From: Sphyrna mokarran
Taxonomy: Eukaryota
DNA length: 64,000 nt
Direction: 5' to 3'
Assembly (NCBI GenBank): GCA_024679065.1
Contig: JAGIQG010000020.1
Coordinates: 20,770,001-20,834,000, forward strand
Within the stretch, counting starts at the first letter, position 1. Every line of letters begins with the position of its first letter. Under the pieces are notes generated by a model, which was not told where the DNA came from, did no database searches, and saw only the letters and a program-made list of their open reading frames with translations. The position numbers and the translations under genes are program-made. Positions 1-13,120 of the stretch are shown in pieces.

Positions 1-1270
1 GAGGCAATAGACTAGACTGTTCTCAGCAGCAAAGGAATGCCACCAAAAGACATTGCACTTGGTCATAGACTTTGCAATTTTGCAATGGTTTTCACAGTAT
101 TAGACAGCCAAAACAGGAGGAACTAAACCTGTGTAAAGTGGCCGAATTTATGGTGCATCTCTTTACCTAATCGGGTTCAAGAATCTTTAACAAGCAGAGC
201 AGAATCTGAACCCAAATAAAGAGAGGAAAAGAGAGATTATATAAATAAATTAGAAAGGCTAAAAGCAAAAAAATTAAACAAGTAAAATCTCCAACAATAA
301 ATAAAATTTTAAGTAATGAGATTTTAGGTTTGTAGAATTAACTTTCAGTGCCAGAGGTTGTTTGGAAATTGTTATTATTTTACTGTTAAAATCTTTTCTC
401 GTAGATTTTGTGGCATTTGTCATGAAATTACAGCAACGCCAAACTGTTTCATACATTTCAAAGCCAAATCTCTCAGCAAGATACCAGTATAAACCAATTT
501 CTGGTGGAGCACAGCAATTTGGGACAGCAACTTCCTGATTCCCTCATTTAATTATGTGCAGCCACTAGAGGTTGCTGTCCAATTTATACTTTGATTACAA
601 TAAGCGCATGGTGTAAACCATAATACATTTGCCATTGACAGTGAGCACTGTTAGCTATTACACACCTGCAGCTTATGGGACAGTAGTCTATATTAACATT
701 AATGCAAATGATATGCATAATATATTGTCACGTGGTGGCTTCTAGACAGAAGTCAAGGAAACACTTACGAATTTAGAGGACATTATTGAATATTTTCATA
801 ATCTTAACATAAAGCCAAAACCTCTTGGACAAATAGGAATTTAGGAGGCATTGTCCCATTTTGTGTTTCATTTTAATATGGCTATCAGTTCACAAGTAGC
901 TGTACAGCAAAGTCTGGCCCAGTGTGTCTTTGCAATGTAATTTCTCAACTTTCCTTCAATTTATATCACAATAGTTTCCAGGGAAAAAATGCAATCATAA
1001 AGAAAAGGCACAAGCTTTAATAACGCTTCATTGAAGCTTTTGTTAAATGTACCTTTCACATTTGACAGGCACACTTAAAAGCTTTTCCTTAAGGATATTT
1101 CTTCATCACTCTTTGCATGCAAAAATACTTCATCAGTTCAGATCTTTAATTATACTTTTTCCTTGTCCTAGAGTCTAGGTTCAACTTACAATTGTGCTCA
1201 AAATTTTTCTTTAATGTTTTTTATCTTATCTCATCCACTTCAACAGCTCATCAGTCTTCAGTTTTATTTA

Positions 1271-1488
1271 CCCTTAAAACTCAATGCTCTGACTAGGAAT
1301 GTGCATCTCACAGATCATCTCTGTATTTAGGGCATGGAAATTTCCTGTTTGCCTTGCTAGCCAGAACCAAAGCATATGTGGTTTGTCCAGACTTTGGTTC
1401 TGGCTAACAATGGAAACAAGAAATTTCAATGCCCTTAAATGCAAAAGTGGTCTGAGAGAGGCATATTCCTAGCACTGAGTTTTGAGGG
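1271..1488. repeat. Imperfect ~220 bp fold-back (MITE-like)
   Basis: Arms of ~100 bp are reverse complements (e.g. TAGCCAGAACCAAAG / CTTTGGTTCTGGCTA) around a ~20 nt loop. Confidence 0.8.
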
Positions 1489-3094
1489 CAACTTAACGTT
1501 GAGAAGTCAGAACTTAATGTTTGACAATATATTTCACTACTTTGGACTAATTGCAACTTGGAATAATTCTGCCGATTTGCTAAATAGTTTATTGCAATAT
1601 AAACAATGACATGAAGAACTAAGTTTTTATAAGTAATTTAATGTAATTTCATCACTGGAACTTGTTCACCAAAAATTGACAAAACAAAAGCTATCTCTGC
1701 CAACAGTAACTTTCATGTGCAAAATGAGTCTGAGCACTTTTGATGCAGTTCCTCGAAGATAAAAGGCTAAACCAGATACAAATTTTCACCAAGGGAGGCA
1801 GCGTTTGGTTGATATTTTGAAAACAGGTTGGGATTAACACAGGAAGCTTCACTCTACATCACCCATGTTGTACTTGACCCTGGGGATTCTTAACGTGAGC
1901 AGCACAACATTCACATGAAAGTAAATAAAACATGAATGAACTACAAACAGTGACCGTTCTAATAAATAAAGATCTCTGTGGCAGTGACAGATACTTTTTA
2001 TGAGGCAGTCATACACTTAGGCACAAATACAGAATGATTTCTGAAGAATGATTGACAATAACTGAACATATTAAGCTGCAATAAAATGAACTTGAAAATT
2101 TATAATTCACCTGAAACTCACTGCAACATACAGCAAAGTACAGATTGCTTATGGATACTTTGGTAACATAACAACAGGTAACCATCTACTTTTATGTACA
2201 CACCATCACTTAGAGGCAGTTGCCTTCCTTTTAAAGATGATTTAATCTGTCAGAATTTGTGACTCATTTAGCATTTTGGATTGAACTCAAAATAGGATAT
2301 TTATTGCAACAAGTGCAATGCTTCCATTATAAATCACCTTATACTGTCAAGATTTAATATGAACCATGATGGGATGGAGGCATATCGAAAAGATTGACTA
2401 AAATTTGCAATAACTTTATTGACAAGATTATGAATGGTCACTAGTAGGTTCAGATAGCAACTTCCATTTTATTTTATTTTATTTAAACATCCAACATAAG
2501 ACAAGATTTTACCCTGCAAAGTTTTGAAGTTTATCAAATATAAAATGGCACTCATGATCAGTTTCCAACTACCAATTCAATCCCTACTTCTATCAAGTGT
2601 TCGTAAAAGGAGTTTAGTGTAAAAAGTGTAAAATTTTGTGAAGTTGGGAATTCTCTGACAAGATATCAAACAGACACTTAGTTTTATTTTTGACTGAACC
2701 ACAAGCTAACTAACAGAAGCTACCTGTCAATGAACTGTAAGTAAGTACTTGAACAGATGCTAATTACTGTGAGCAGGAAGCTGAGCGAGCACTTATAACT
2801 TGGTCGTGGCTCAAAAGGGCTTAATAATAAACAGAATCCATTGATGCATATTGGCTGCAAAAGCAGTGTTATATAAAGAGAGAATAAAAACTTGCATTGG
2901 GTGAGAGTGGGAATTTAGTGCAAACAGAAAGGAGATGTTGCATTTTGCCTTCCACACTTGGCAGTTTATGCAAACTTGAAACAGCAAGTATATAAAATTC
3001 TTCATCTTGTATTTTCTAGAGGGGCCTCTGCTCTTTGTCACATATTTTATACAATATTGTATATATATCATATATCACAATGACTTGTGAGAAA

Positions 3095-5065
3095 ACAAAA
3101 GGGCGTGTTAGCAAGTTTGCAGACGGCACAAAGATAGGTGGAGTTGTGGATCGTATAGAAGGTTGTCAAAGAATACAGTGGGACTTAGATCAGTTGCATA
3201 TTTGGGCAGAGAAACGGCAGATGCAATTTAATCTGGACAAGTGTGAAGGGCTGCATCTCAAGGGATCAAATGTTAAGGGTAAGAATATGCAGTTAATGGC
3301 AGGACCCCGAACAGCATTGATGTAAGAGATCTTGCGATTCAAATCTATAGCTCCCTGAAAGTGGCCACACAAGTAGATAGAGTGGTAAAGAAGGCATTTG
3401 GAATGCTTGCCTTTATTGATCACGGCAACAAGTATAGGAGATGCCACATTACATGAAGGATGTGGAGGCTTTGGTGAGGATGCTGCCTGGGATAAAGGAT
3501 ATGAGCTATGAGGAGGAGCTGGAAAAACACGGGTTATTTACTCTGGAATGGCAAAGGCTGGCAGGAGACCTGATAAAAGTATATAAAATTATGAAAGGCA
3601 TTGGTAAGTATGACGAATGACAATCAGAATCTTTTTCTCAGAACTGAAATAGTAGGGGGCCATACTTAAGGTGAAACAAGGTAATTTCAAAGGAGATATG
3701 AGGGGCAAGTTTGTTTTTTTATTGTTACATACAGCATGGTAGGTATCTGGAACACACTTCTGGATAGCACAAAGAACAAAACAGCATGGGAAACAGGCCC
3801 TTCAGCCCAACAAGCCTGCGCTGCCACCCCGATGTTCCCACCTCTACCTGTGATCCCTGTCTATGTTTATACATCTATGGATTAAAAACCAAATTTAGAG
3901 AGTATCTGCACAGTACAGCAATAGCCACTGAGCTGTTGTGCTGCCCATCAAATGGTCCAGGTCAAGTGCACATCAACGACACGAAGCACCAGGATACCCC
4001 TGAAAAAAAAATCCAAGAGCAGCCCTCCCATGACCCAGCGCGCGCACGCCCACCGCTAGACAACAAAGCGGACCAAAGCACCTGTAGGATAAAAACAAGT
4101 ACATCAATATCATCATCTATTTACACACTTCGCAGGGACTCCCAAGGCTCATAATCCCTATTTTAAATCAGTTTTCTATACCCCTCCATTCCCATTCTGT
4201 TCATGTGCCCAAATAAGTATTTCTTAAATAACTCCAGAGTACCTGCCTCCACCACTTTACTTGGCAGTGCATTCCATACTCCCACCACCCTCTGTGTGGG
4301 AAAAACCTCCCTCTAGCATCCAAATTATACCTTATCCCCCTCACCCTAAGTCCGTGACCTCTCGTGCTATTCGAGTCCATCCTAGGAAAAAGCTTAACCC
4401 TGTTTACTCTATCTATACCCCTCATAATCTTGTACACCTCTATTAGATCTCCTCTTTCTAAGGAAAACAGTCCCAATTTGCCTAATCTCTCCTCGTAACT
4501 CAGACCTTCCATACCAGGCAGCATCCTGGTAAATCTCCTCTGCACTCTCTCCAGGGTCTCCACGTCCTTCCAGTAGTAAGGCGACCAGAACTGGATGCAG
4601 TATTCCAAATGAGGTCTAACCAACGTTTTATACAACTGCAACATTAAAGGCCAGCTCTTGTACTCTATACCCTTTCCTATAAAGGCTAACATACTATATG
4701 CTTTCTTCACAATCTTCTCCACTTGCACTGCCACCTCCAGAGACTTGTTCACCTGCACTCCCAGGTCCCTCTGCGTTTCTATACTCCTAATAGGTCTACC
4801 CTTTATCATATACCTCCCCCCCTACATTCTTTCTCCCAAAATGCATCACCTCGCATTTATCAGGATTAAATTCCATCTGCCATCTAGTAGTGGTAGTGGT
4901 GGTGGAGGCAGATACAATAGGGAGATTTAAGGAGCTTTTTTGCAAACACACGAATATGCAGTAAATAGAAAGACATGGGCTAAGGACTAGTTTAATTTGG
5001 CATCATGTTCAGCATGACATTGTGGTCGAAAGGCCTGTTGTTGTACTGTTGTATATTCTATTTTT
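3095..5065 (+). mobile_element. Old CR1-like LINE 3' fragment, split by a younger opposite-strand CR1
   Basis: SKFADGTKIGG RT remnant at ~3110; 3' tail resumes at ~4886. Confidence 0.75.
3771..4885 (-). mobile_element. 5'-truncated CR1 LINE with long 3' UTR
   Basis: ORF 4201-4809 (LYKTLVRPHLEYCIQFWSP...LERVQRRFTRM); nearly collinear with 38768-39970. Confidence 0.9.
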
Positions 5066-5459
5066 TATGCTTAGTATAAGTTATTATGTACAGAAAAAAA
5101 CTTAGAACAAACTAAAATCTAGATATGAATAATATAGAGTTAAGTATGGCAGAGCAGGCTGTATGTCCGGACTTTAGTATGTGGGTCTTTACTGATTGTC
5201 CCAAATGAACACATCTACAGTAGCGGCCACTGGCTCAGATTAACTGAACTACAGTATAATTAGGAAACACTCTGACACAAAGGGGGAGCAATATTTAGAC
5301 AGTTTATTCCAGATTTTGGCCACATTTTTTAAAGAGATGCAGGTTCAGAATGGGGTCACTATGACCGATAACGTGCAGAATAAAGAGAGCCTAGATGAGA
5401 CAGAGGATAGGACCTACAAAAACTGATTCAACAGGTATAATGTACTTGCAGTCTATTGA

Positions 5460-5720
5460 TTTCTTTATTCATATCACAAGCAGAATTACAAGTTACTGTA
5501 AAAGTCCCCTAGTCATCACATCCAGTGCCTGTTCAAGTACATTGAGGGAGTATTTAGCATAGCCAATGCACCTAACTAGCACTTCTTTCGGATGCTCAGG
5601 GGAAACGCATGCAAACACGTAGAGAACATGTAAACTCTACATAGACAGTGACCCAAGAAAGGAATTGAACCCGGATCCGTAGTGCTGTGAGACAGCAGTG
5701 CTAACCATGGTACCACCCTA
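5460..5720 (-). mobile_element. tRNA-derived SINE (HE1/V-SINE-like)
   Basis: A/B box head (GGTTAGCACTGCTG...GGTTCAATTCC) plus core shared with many copies in the window. Confidence 0.8.
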
Positions 5721-6859
5721 TAAGTGATAAGGATAAACACTGTCAGAGGAAAAGCCAGAATATAGACCACAGACAGGTGCTTTCTCCAAAAGTGGTAGTG
5801 AAAGTGGATACGCTATTCCAGAAAGCTTATTAGTGAAGGGTGTCAGTGTTTAAAACTCAGTCTTACACTTATTTACAGAATAAATCATTACAAGCATATA
5901 ATTCCTAACTAACCAACTTCACAGTTTCAATGCGGCTCTTTACAAGTATTCAAGTTAAACTCCAATTAATATCCTCTCCTGCATACAGTTAAACACAACT
6001 TATTTATAATTATTAAGGGATGGGGCAGGAATGGGGACATATAACTTTGCAGGAGATTTATTAAGGACAGATAACATCTTTAAATAATGAGATTATGAGT
6101 CTCACATTGTATATTACCTACCTGATACCAGGATGACAATCATCTTGAAACAATTTGAAAAGGTGATTGGACAGAGGAGATGGATTAATTCATTGTGATC
6201 TATATTTGAATCAACAACATAAAGAATCTCGTTTCTACTCTTCTTTAAGAGTATGAGGCATTGAGGTTTAAAATTAAAGAACAGGACCTCAATGGTTATA
6301 ATTTCCTGAATATTAGCTGGGCTACGCACAAACTGGTTTTGGGGATAAATAAATGAATGAGTTGAAGACCGCAGGATTGGTCTGGGAAAGTGTGGTTCGA
6401 TTTCAGGGAACATTAACATTCATTTTGGGATAGGAAGTGTACCATTGGTATGGACTCCAAATGAATCAGATTGGAACAAGGGCCTTCATCAAAAAGATAA
6501 ACAGAACAGTCAGAACAGCTGTAAACTAGTTGGGAAAGTCTAGAACTAAAGGATATAGGCTAAAAATTTGACCCAAACCTTTCAATGGAATTTGAAAACA
6601 CTTCTGTATACAAAATAGGCAGTAGAAATTAGAATGCTCTTCCCCTAGTAATACTAGATCAATGTTAATTTTACTTTGAAGATTGGTAAATTTTTGTTAA
6701 AGAAAAGCATTAAGGAATAAGAAGTAAAGGTGAGTAAAAGGAGCTAAGTTGAACATCAGTTATTATCTCACTGAATGGCAAACCAAGTTTGAATTGAAGA
6801 GCTAATTGGTCTATTTCTGATCCAATGTTCCTTGTTGAAACAGTTGGTTTAAGACCTAT

Positions 6860-7330
6860 CAAACCCTGATTTGAGCATTCAGCACCACAGTCACAAAGAT
6901 TGCCTACTTTCAACTCCATAACATTGCTCATCCCTGCCACTGCATAAGTCTCTGTTGCTAAATCCCTCACCCATGCCTTTCTTAAGTTCAGTCTTGCCGT
7001 TTTCTCCAAACTAGCCCCCCATTTTCAACACTACACAAACTTACTCATCCAAAACTGAGAACTTGAATAAACTTGATCCTAACTTGAAAAAAGCCCCATT
7101 CACCATCACCAGTACATGTTGACCTACACTGACTCCACTGCCTTGATTCCGATAGTCTCATCCTTGTGTTCAAACTCCTCCAGGGCCTTGCCCTCCTATC
7201 AGTCATCCAGCTCAACAACTACACTTTCAGAAGCTACTCTTTGACCAAGCTTTGTATTCATTTTACTAATACCTATATAATATATAACATTTTAAAAGTC
7301 TTATTATGCTCCCATGAAGTACTTTGGGAT
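6860..7330 (+). mobile_element. Decayed L2-like LINE 3' fragment
   Basis: L2-type ORF2 end remnants (PSPVHVDLH.../LVFKLLQGLA). Confidence 0.5.
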
Positions 7331-8129
7331 ATTTCAATACATTACATTTGTTTTATAAAAGTTGCTCTGTGCTCTATTGTAAATTAATTACAGTAATTTT
7401 AAACAACAATTAGAGAAAGTCATTTTTGTAATATCAAATATCATGAAAGTATGCTTTAGATTTTTCTAATACAACACTAATTTATAATCTGTGCATTCAG
7501 ACATATTGTGAATTTAGTCTGTTTTTAGTGGTGACCCTGAGCACTCTACTACGCAAAGTACTCCCTTTCGTATCGGGTGAGCCGATATGGTCAGTTTACT
7601 ATGCAGAAGGCACACATCCAGCAGTCAAATGGAAAGACACTGGAAGAATCCAGAGTTTTTCTATCTCGGTGGAATTCCCAACCCATTTGTGAACATCTTC
7701 AGTTGCAGTGTGGGAATCCTAATGTTTTAAAGAGTAGATGTAAGTGCTCTTGAAGATGACTAAGTTCTGTTGAACTGTCATGATAAAGTTATTTTAAAAA
7801 AACAGGCTGCCTTGGTCAGTGAGAGTTGATAAAACTCTATTCTAGCAAGTACAATAGTTATTTGTTGACATTTCCCCAAGAGCTATTATTATATGATTAC
7901 GAATGTTCTGTTGCTTTGCACAAGCTATCATTAATTCAGCTACTGGGGTCCTATATTCATAGTTTGATCAAAAATTCAAAATGGTTATTGACTGATTAGC
8001 TATTTTTGGCAAAGGGTTATGAATAGAAGTTTGGTTTTATAAGGAATTAAGCACTTGAGGAGATTTAAACGTTTTGAATCAGCTTTCATGCATGGGAATT
8101 AGTTTTAATATTGTGAAGGTTGTTAAGAT

Positions 8130-8300
8130 ATTTATTTATTTTTTTTATTTAAGCAACACAGCACGGGAAACAGGCCCTTCGGCCCAACGAGCCCGCGCCG
8201 CCGTCATACTATATAGTAGCAAATACATTATCCTATTTTAATATTCCTATATAATAATATATATATTATTCCTAATATGGAAAATTTTCACCATAGGCCT
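8130..8300 (-). mobile_element. Short young CR1 3' tail copy
   Basis: Near-identical to 13020-13100 with CpGs retained. Confidence 0.8.
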
Positions 8301-11300
8301 TTAGACCTTTATTTTATTTCATCTGAACATGAGTCCTGAGATCTGCCCTCAGTGGATACAGGGTGAGTTGTCATGGATAGTGTGTATCTGAAGCAAGGCT
8401 GGGGTGCATGGATTGGCATTAAATTGATATAGGAACAGGAAAGTGGCATGGGGAGTTGGTAAGAGGTTGATGGGATGTAAAGGATGCAAGCTTAAATTGT
8501 ATTAAAATAAATGGGATAAATCACACAGAACCCAGGCATTCCCTATGGCTGCTTTTGATCTGTATCAGAGAATGGCAGGCCTGACTCTGTCCCATACAGA
8601 GTGGAAATGAAAATTGCTCAATTAGCTAAGTAAAAAATGGCAATAAAATGAGAGGAAGATTAAAGGGAGATCATAATGAGAAAAGGCATTGGAAGGAAAA
8701 TGTGCATGATATTAGTATTTGTAAGGTGCTTTTAATGGCATGTGATGATACACTAGGCATATCTTTTAATAATTTCTGAATGTACCATTGTCTTCTTCTC
8801 ACAATTTTGATCAGCTGATTGATGTTGCCTTGCAAAAGTTTTGACCTTACCTTTGTATTGCTAAGAAAGAACATTGTAATCAATATAATTTATAACATCA
8901 GAATGTCCTTCTCATAAGATATCAAGCATGCCTATGGATACAGGATGGACAAGGGAGAAAGTTAGACCAACACATGTCACCCTTTATAGCATGCACATTA
9001 GCTTTCACTTACATAGAGGCTATTCAGTTGTTGCACCAGGAAAGCTAACCAAATGACACAAACAGGTAAATCATGGAAGTTTTAGTTAGGCGCACTATAA
9101 AAAGAATATTTGAATCAGTTGCAGTATACTGAGTAGCCATTTAGTACAGAAAACATTTTTGCCCACATTTTTGAGCTCCATCAGGTAGAATTATTATAAA
9201 GTTAGTGAGATCCAAAAACATGAGCTTTAAATTAGAGTCCAAATCACAAATTTTCTACTCAAATGGCATAGTCAATTCACTGTTCTGTATTTACATAATA
9301 AGTTACCTTAGCAGAATAGGAAATAAAGATGCATATACAGGCAGAGGAAAAACAAAAATTAAAGGTCCAGTCATAGATGTTAAAGATTGCAAAGGGCCAC
9401 TGATCAAAATAGAAAGAGTATTGTTGAAGCAAAAAATCCTGATGGAAATAGACATGCAAAAATATAAGTAATTCCAATGACCAAAATAAGCTGCTGGGAG
9501 GTACTGACACAATGAAATAAAGGCTGGAGAATGAAATGCAACGTCAATAAATTTGAAATTGCCATTTAAAAAAAAATTGAATGTGGCAAAGCTAGGTGCA
9601 GTGCAAGAGCAGAGAATTTGCATGTTTGTGGCTCACAAGACATTAAAAACAATACAGCAAATGGAAAAGGCAATTAAGAAAATGCTCAAAGAGTACTTGT
9701 CCTATGACAGGAACTTTAATTTGTAAATGTGTTTTGGTGAATTCATAAACATCACAGAGGACAAAACCACATACAGTAATCCTATGATGCAGGAAGGGTG
9801 GTGAGGCACTATAGAAGTTTCAGTGGGATGCTACCTAGTGTGATCCAATATAAACATGGAAGAAATACTCAAAAAACTGGGCTGCTTTTGTCAGGACAAA
9901 GGAAATTATGATAATTTGATAATCATAGTTAAACCTTAAATAGTTAAAGGTGCACACTATATTTAGTGCTTAAGGGGTACAGATACAAAGTGAAATGAAA
10001 AGGATTTTGAGCAGAGAGCAAAATAAATGATTCCACACAAAGATTTATGAGGCAGTGTAATGCACAGTGTTATTGATAGAGGCAGAAACTACGAAAACAT
10101 TGAAGAGTAAATAATTGGAAGGGAGAAAAATAAGTCTGCACATCAACAGACTGGCAGATCGAATGGTCCGTTTCTGTAGGGGCTATAATTTCTTTGCAAA
10201 TGCTTTATAAAATGGAATATCTAAGTACTCCACACATCTATGATCTAGCACGCAAACTTCAAAAGACAGAATAATGAAATGTTTGGTGCAGTGGTTTTTT
10301 TTTGAGTACAAAGGAAATTGCACAATAAGCATTACATAAGGAGCTCAAAGCATGATTACAAACTGAAAGACGTTTTGGCAATTTTAGATTGTTAGCTACA
10401 AAACATTGTTCTCTTGAGAAAAAATTGTAATAAAGACTTTTTTGAAGTAACTAATATAGATTTTTCTTTGGATTTGTGGATGTCATTTGATCAGCTAAAC
10501 TTGGAATAAGTCTATGATAAGTTACTTCCAAAAATATGTTTTGAAATAAAATTCAGCCTCCAATTATTCTGACTGGACATAATTAACTAACAATAGATCT
10601 TGGGATTATCTTTTTTTAAAACATTTTGAGTTGACTGATAGGAGGGTTAAAGATGCGGAATAAGAACAATTGTCACTGAGTCATTATCGTACATCTGCAA
10701 TTGGCCACATCTAGTCTGCCATTTTGAAAGTTTGGAGGATGGTTAACCACATGTAGCTAATGTGCTATTGAACAAGACTTGCATTTGACGGAAGCGAAGA
10801 AAAAATAAACAACCACGGGTTGAATCTTCCTCTCTGTGCACAGAATACCGACTGAGTCAAGAAAACTGGTATGTAACTCTCCAGCTGCATAGTCAAGTTT
10901 TCTCTCCAGATTTGGTGGTGCAAAGAAAATCTGGTAACATGGTTTTCATACCACTGAGGCAGGGCAGAGCCTGATAGAGCCAGCGAGTCTACTTGTACAG
11001 AAAATAGGGTGCTAGCTTTAAAGCTGATTTGTGCCCTGATTTGTAATAAAAATAACCCTCCTCCCCATCAGGGAATCCCACACAAGCATTGAAATCCCAC
11101 CACCTTGCACTGGCATCAAGGTGACTACCCACCGCGCAAGCATTGGGGCAAACCTCAACTTAAGCATCACCCATCCCCCCAACTCCCCTCCCCAAGGGGA
11201 ACCTTAAGGGGTCTGCAGAGGACCCACTCCTGGCATTGCCATCCTGGCACAGATCAGCACTGAGAGGAGAGAATTGCCAACCTGTCCCAGGGAAATGCCA

Positions 11301-12060
11301 AATTGTGTGTTCCAGGATAGGCATGGCCTTCTCCCCCATGTACCAAACCTATATCTTGGCATCCTTAATGGGTTCCCCTTGATCAACTCCCATTCTAATA
11401 TTCTCACCAGCAAGAATCTCATTTCTTGACTTCTGGGATTTTGAACCCACATTGCCATTCATGCTGACAACTAATATGGGTTCAAAATTAATTAAAATTA
11501 ATGTAGGCTCAAACTTTAGTAGATTAGGAAGTTCAATTAATAACTGATTGAAACTTAATCAGGTCAGAGCTGAACATGCAATAGTGTGTGTGTGTCTGTC
11601 TGTCTGTAGTGATTGGTGAGGATAATGCATTTACTTCCCATGTCTTCATGGAACCAAGCCATGATAGGGAGTCGTGACTATGCATTGCACCCTTTCCCTG
11701 TGGGCTGATACAGGGAATTACTACCACATGTAAAATCAAGTATGTCTTTTTGAAGGCTGTGGTAAATAACATCTTGGGTTGTAGATCATAAACATCCATA
11801 TGATTGTACTTTTCTTTAAAGTATACCGAGTACAAAATTACACAGTACAGTCTCCTCCTTGTTGCTGTAGTTTATGTTTACTATGTGATTTTGGATCTGT
11901 ATTGATACCACATCCTTGTTGTAATGAGATAGCTCAAGATGCTTCACAAGTGTGACATAAAGCAAAGTTTGATGCTGAACTCAAATAATGAGACATTAGG
12001 GCAGATCAACAAAAGATCAAAGAGTAGGTTTTAAGCAGCATCTTAAAGGAAGAAGGAGAG

Positions 12061-13120
12061 GTAGACAGGTGGAGAAGGTGATAAAGAAGGCGTATAGTAT
12101 GTTAGCTTTCATAGAAAAGGGTATAGAATACAAGAGTAGGAGTTTAATGTTGCAGTTGTATAGAACGTTGGTTAGGCCTCACTTGGAATACTGCGTCCAG
12201 TTCTGGTCGCCGTACTATCGGAAGGATGTGGAGTCCTTGGAGAGAGTGCAGAGAGGTTTACCAGGATGCTGCCTGGTATGGAAGGACTGTCTTATGAGGA
12301 ACGATTAAATAGACTGGGGTTGTTTTCCCTTGAAAGACGTCGGCTTAGAGGGGATCTCATAGAGGTGTATAAGATTATAAGAGGTATAGATAGAGTAAAT
12401 GGAGGTAAACTTTTTCCACCTTCAGAAATGGATAGGACGAGGGGTCATGGCCTTAGGGTGAGGGGGGCTATGTACAAGACGAATATTAGAGGGCAGTTTT
12501 TCACACAAAGGGTAGTGGGGGTGTGGAATGCACTGCCGAGTAAGGTGGTGGGAGCAGGCACGCTAGGGCTGTTTAAGGGTCTTTTGGACAGCCACATGAG
12601 CGGTGTGCAGATAGAGGGATATAGTAGGACTGTTTAACTACAGCTTTTTTTTCCCCCACAGGTAATTCGGTCCATACTTGACCAACAATGAGCATGCATT
12701 CGGCAGGTGGTGCGAGGACAGCTCTTGGATGTTGATTCATGGGTTGCCTGGTGCTTCATGTCGTAAATGAGTGCTTTATGTGGACCATCTGAAGGGCACC
12801 ATGACAGCTCAGAGACTATCGATGGGGCTGTGCAGACACTTGGAATTGGGCCGGTGTCTGCGGGAGTTTGCGCGTTCTCCCCGTGGTTGCGTGGGTTTTC
12901 TCCGGGCACTCCGGTTTCCTCCCACAACCCAAAAATTCGCTCTTAGGCTGATTGGGAAACAAATTGTCCCTATAGTGAGAGTCTTCCGTATTAGGAATAA
13001 CCTAATTTTATATTATGATAATGGAATTGCTACTATATAGTTATGACGGCGGCGCGGGCTCGTTGGGCCGAAGGGCCTGTTTCCCGTGCTGTGTGGCTCT
13101 TAAAAAAAAAAGGGAAAAAA
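12061..13120 (+). mobile_element. Young CR1 LINE 3' part with long SINE-containing 3' UTR, inserted into an L2-like remnant (11920-12060 and 13140-13590)
   Basis: ORFs 12069-12308 and 12266-12637 give the CR1 ORF2 C-terminus; tail GGGCCGAAGGGCCTGTTTCC then poly(A). Confidence 0.9.

Noticed and set aside
3786-4154. Antisense ORFs with similar peptides in three LINE 3' UTRs (3786+, 12634-, 38915+)
   Set aside because: The similarity follows from shared DNA. Frames diverge outside ~30 codons and there is no common start or stop.
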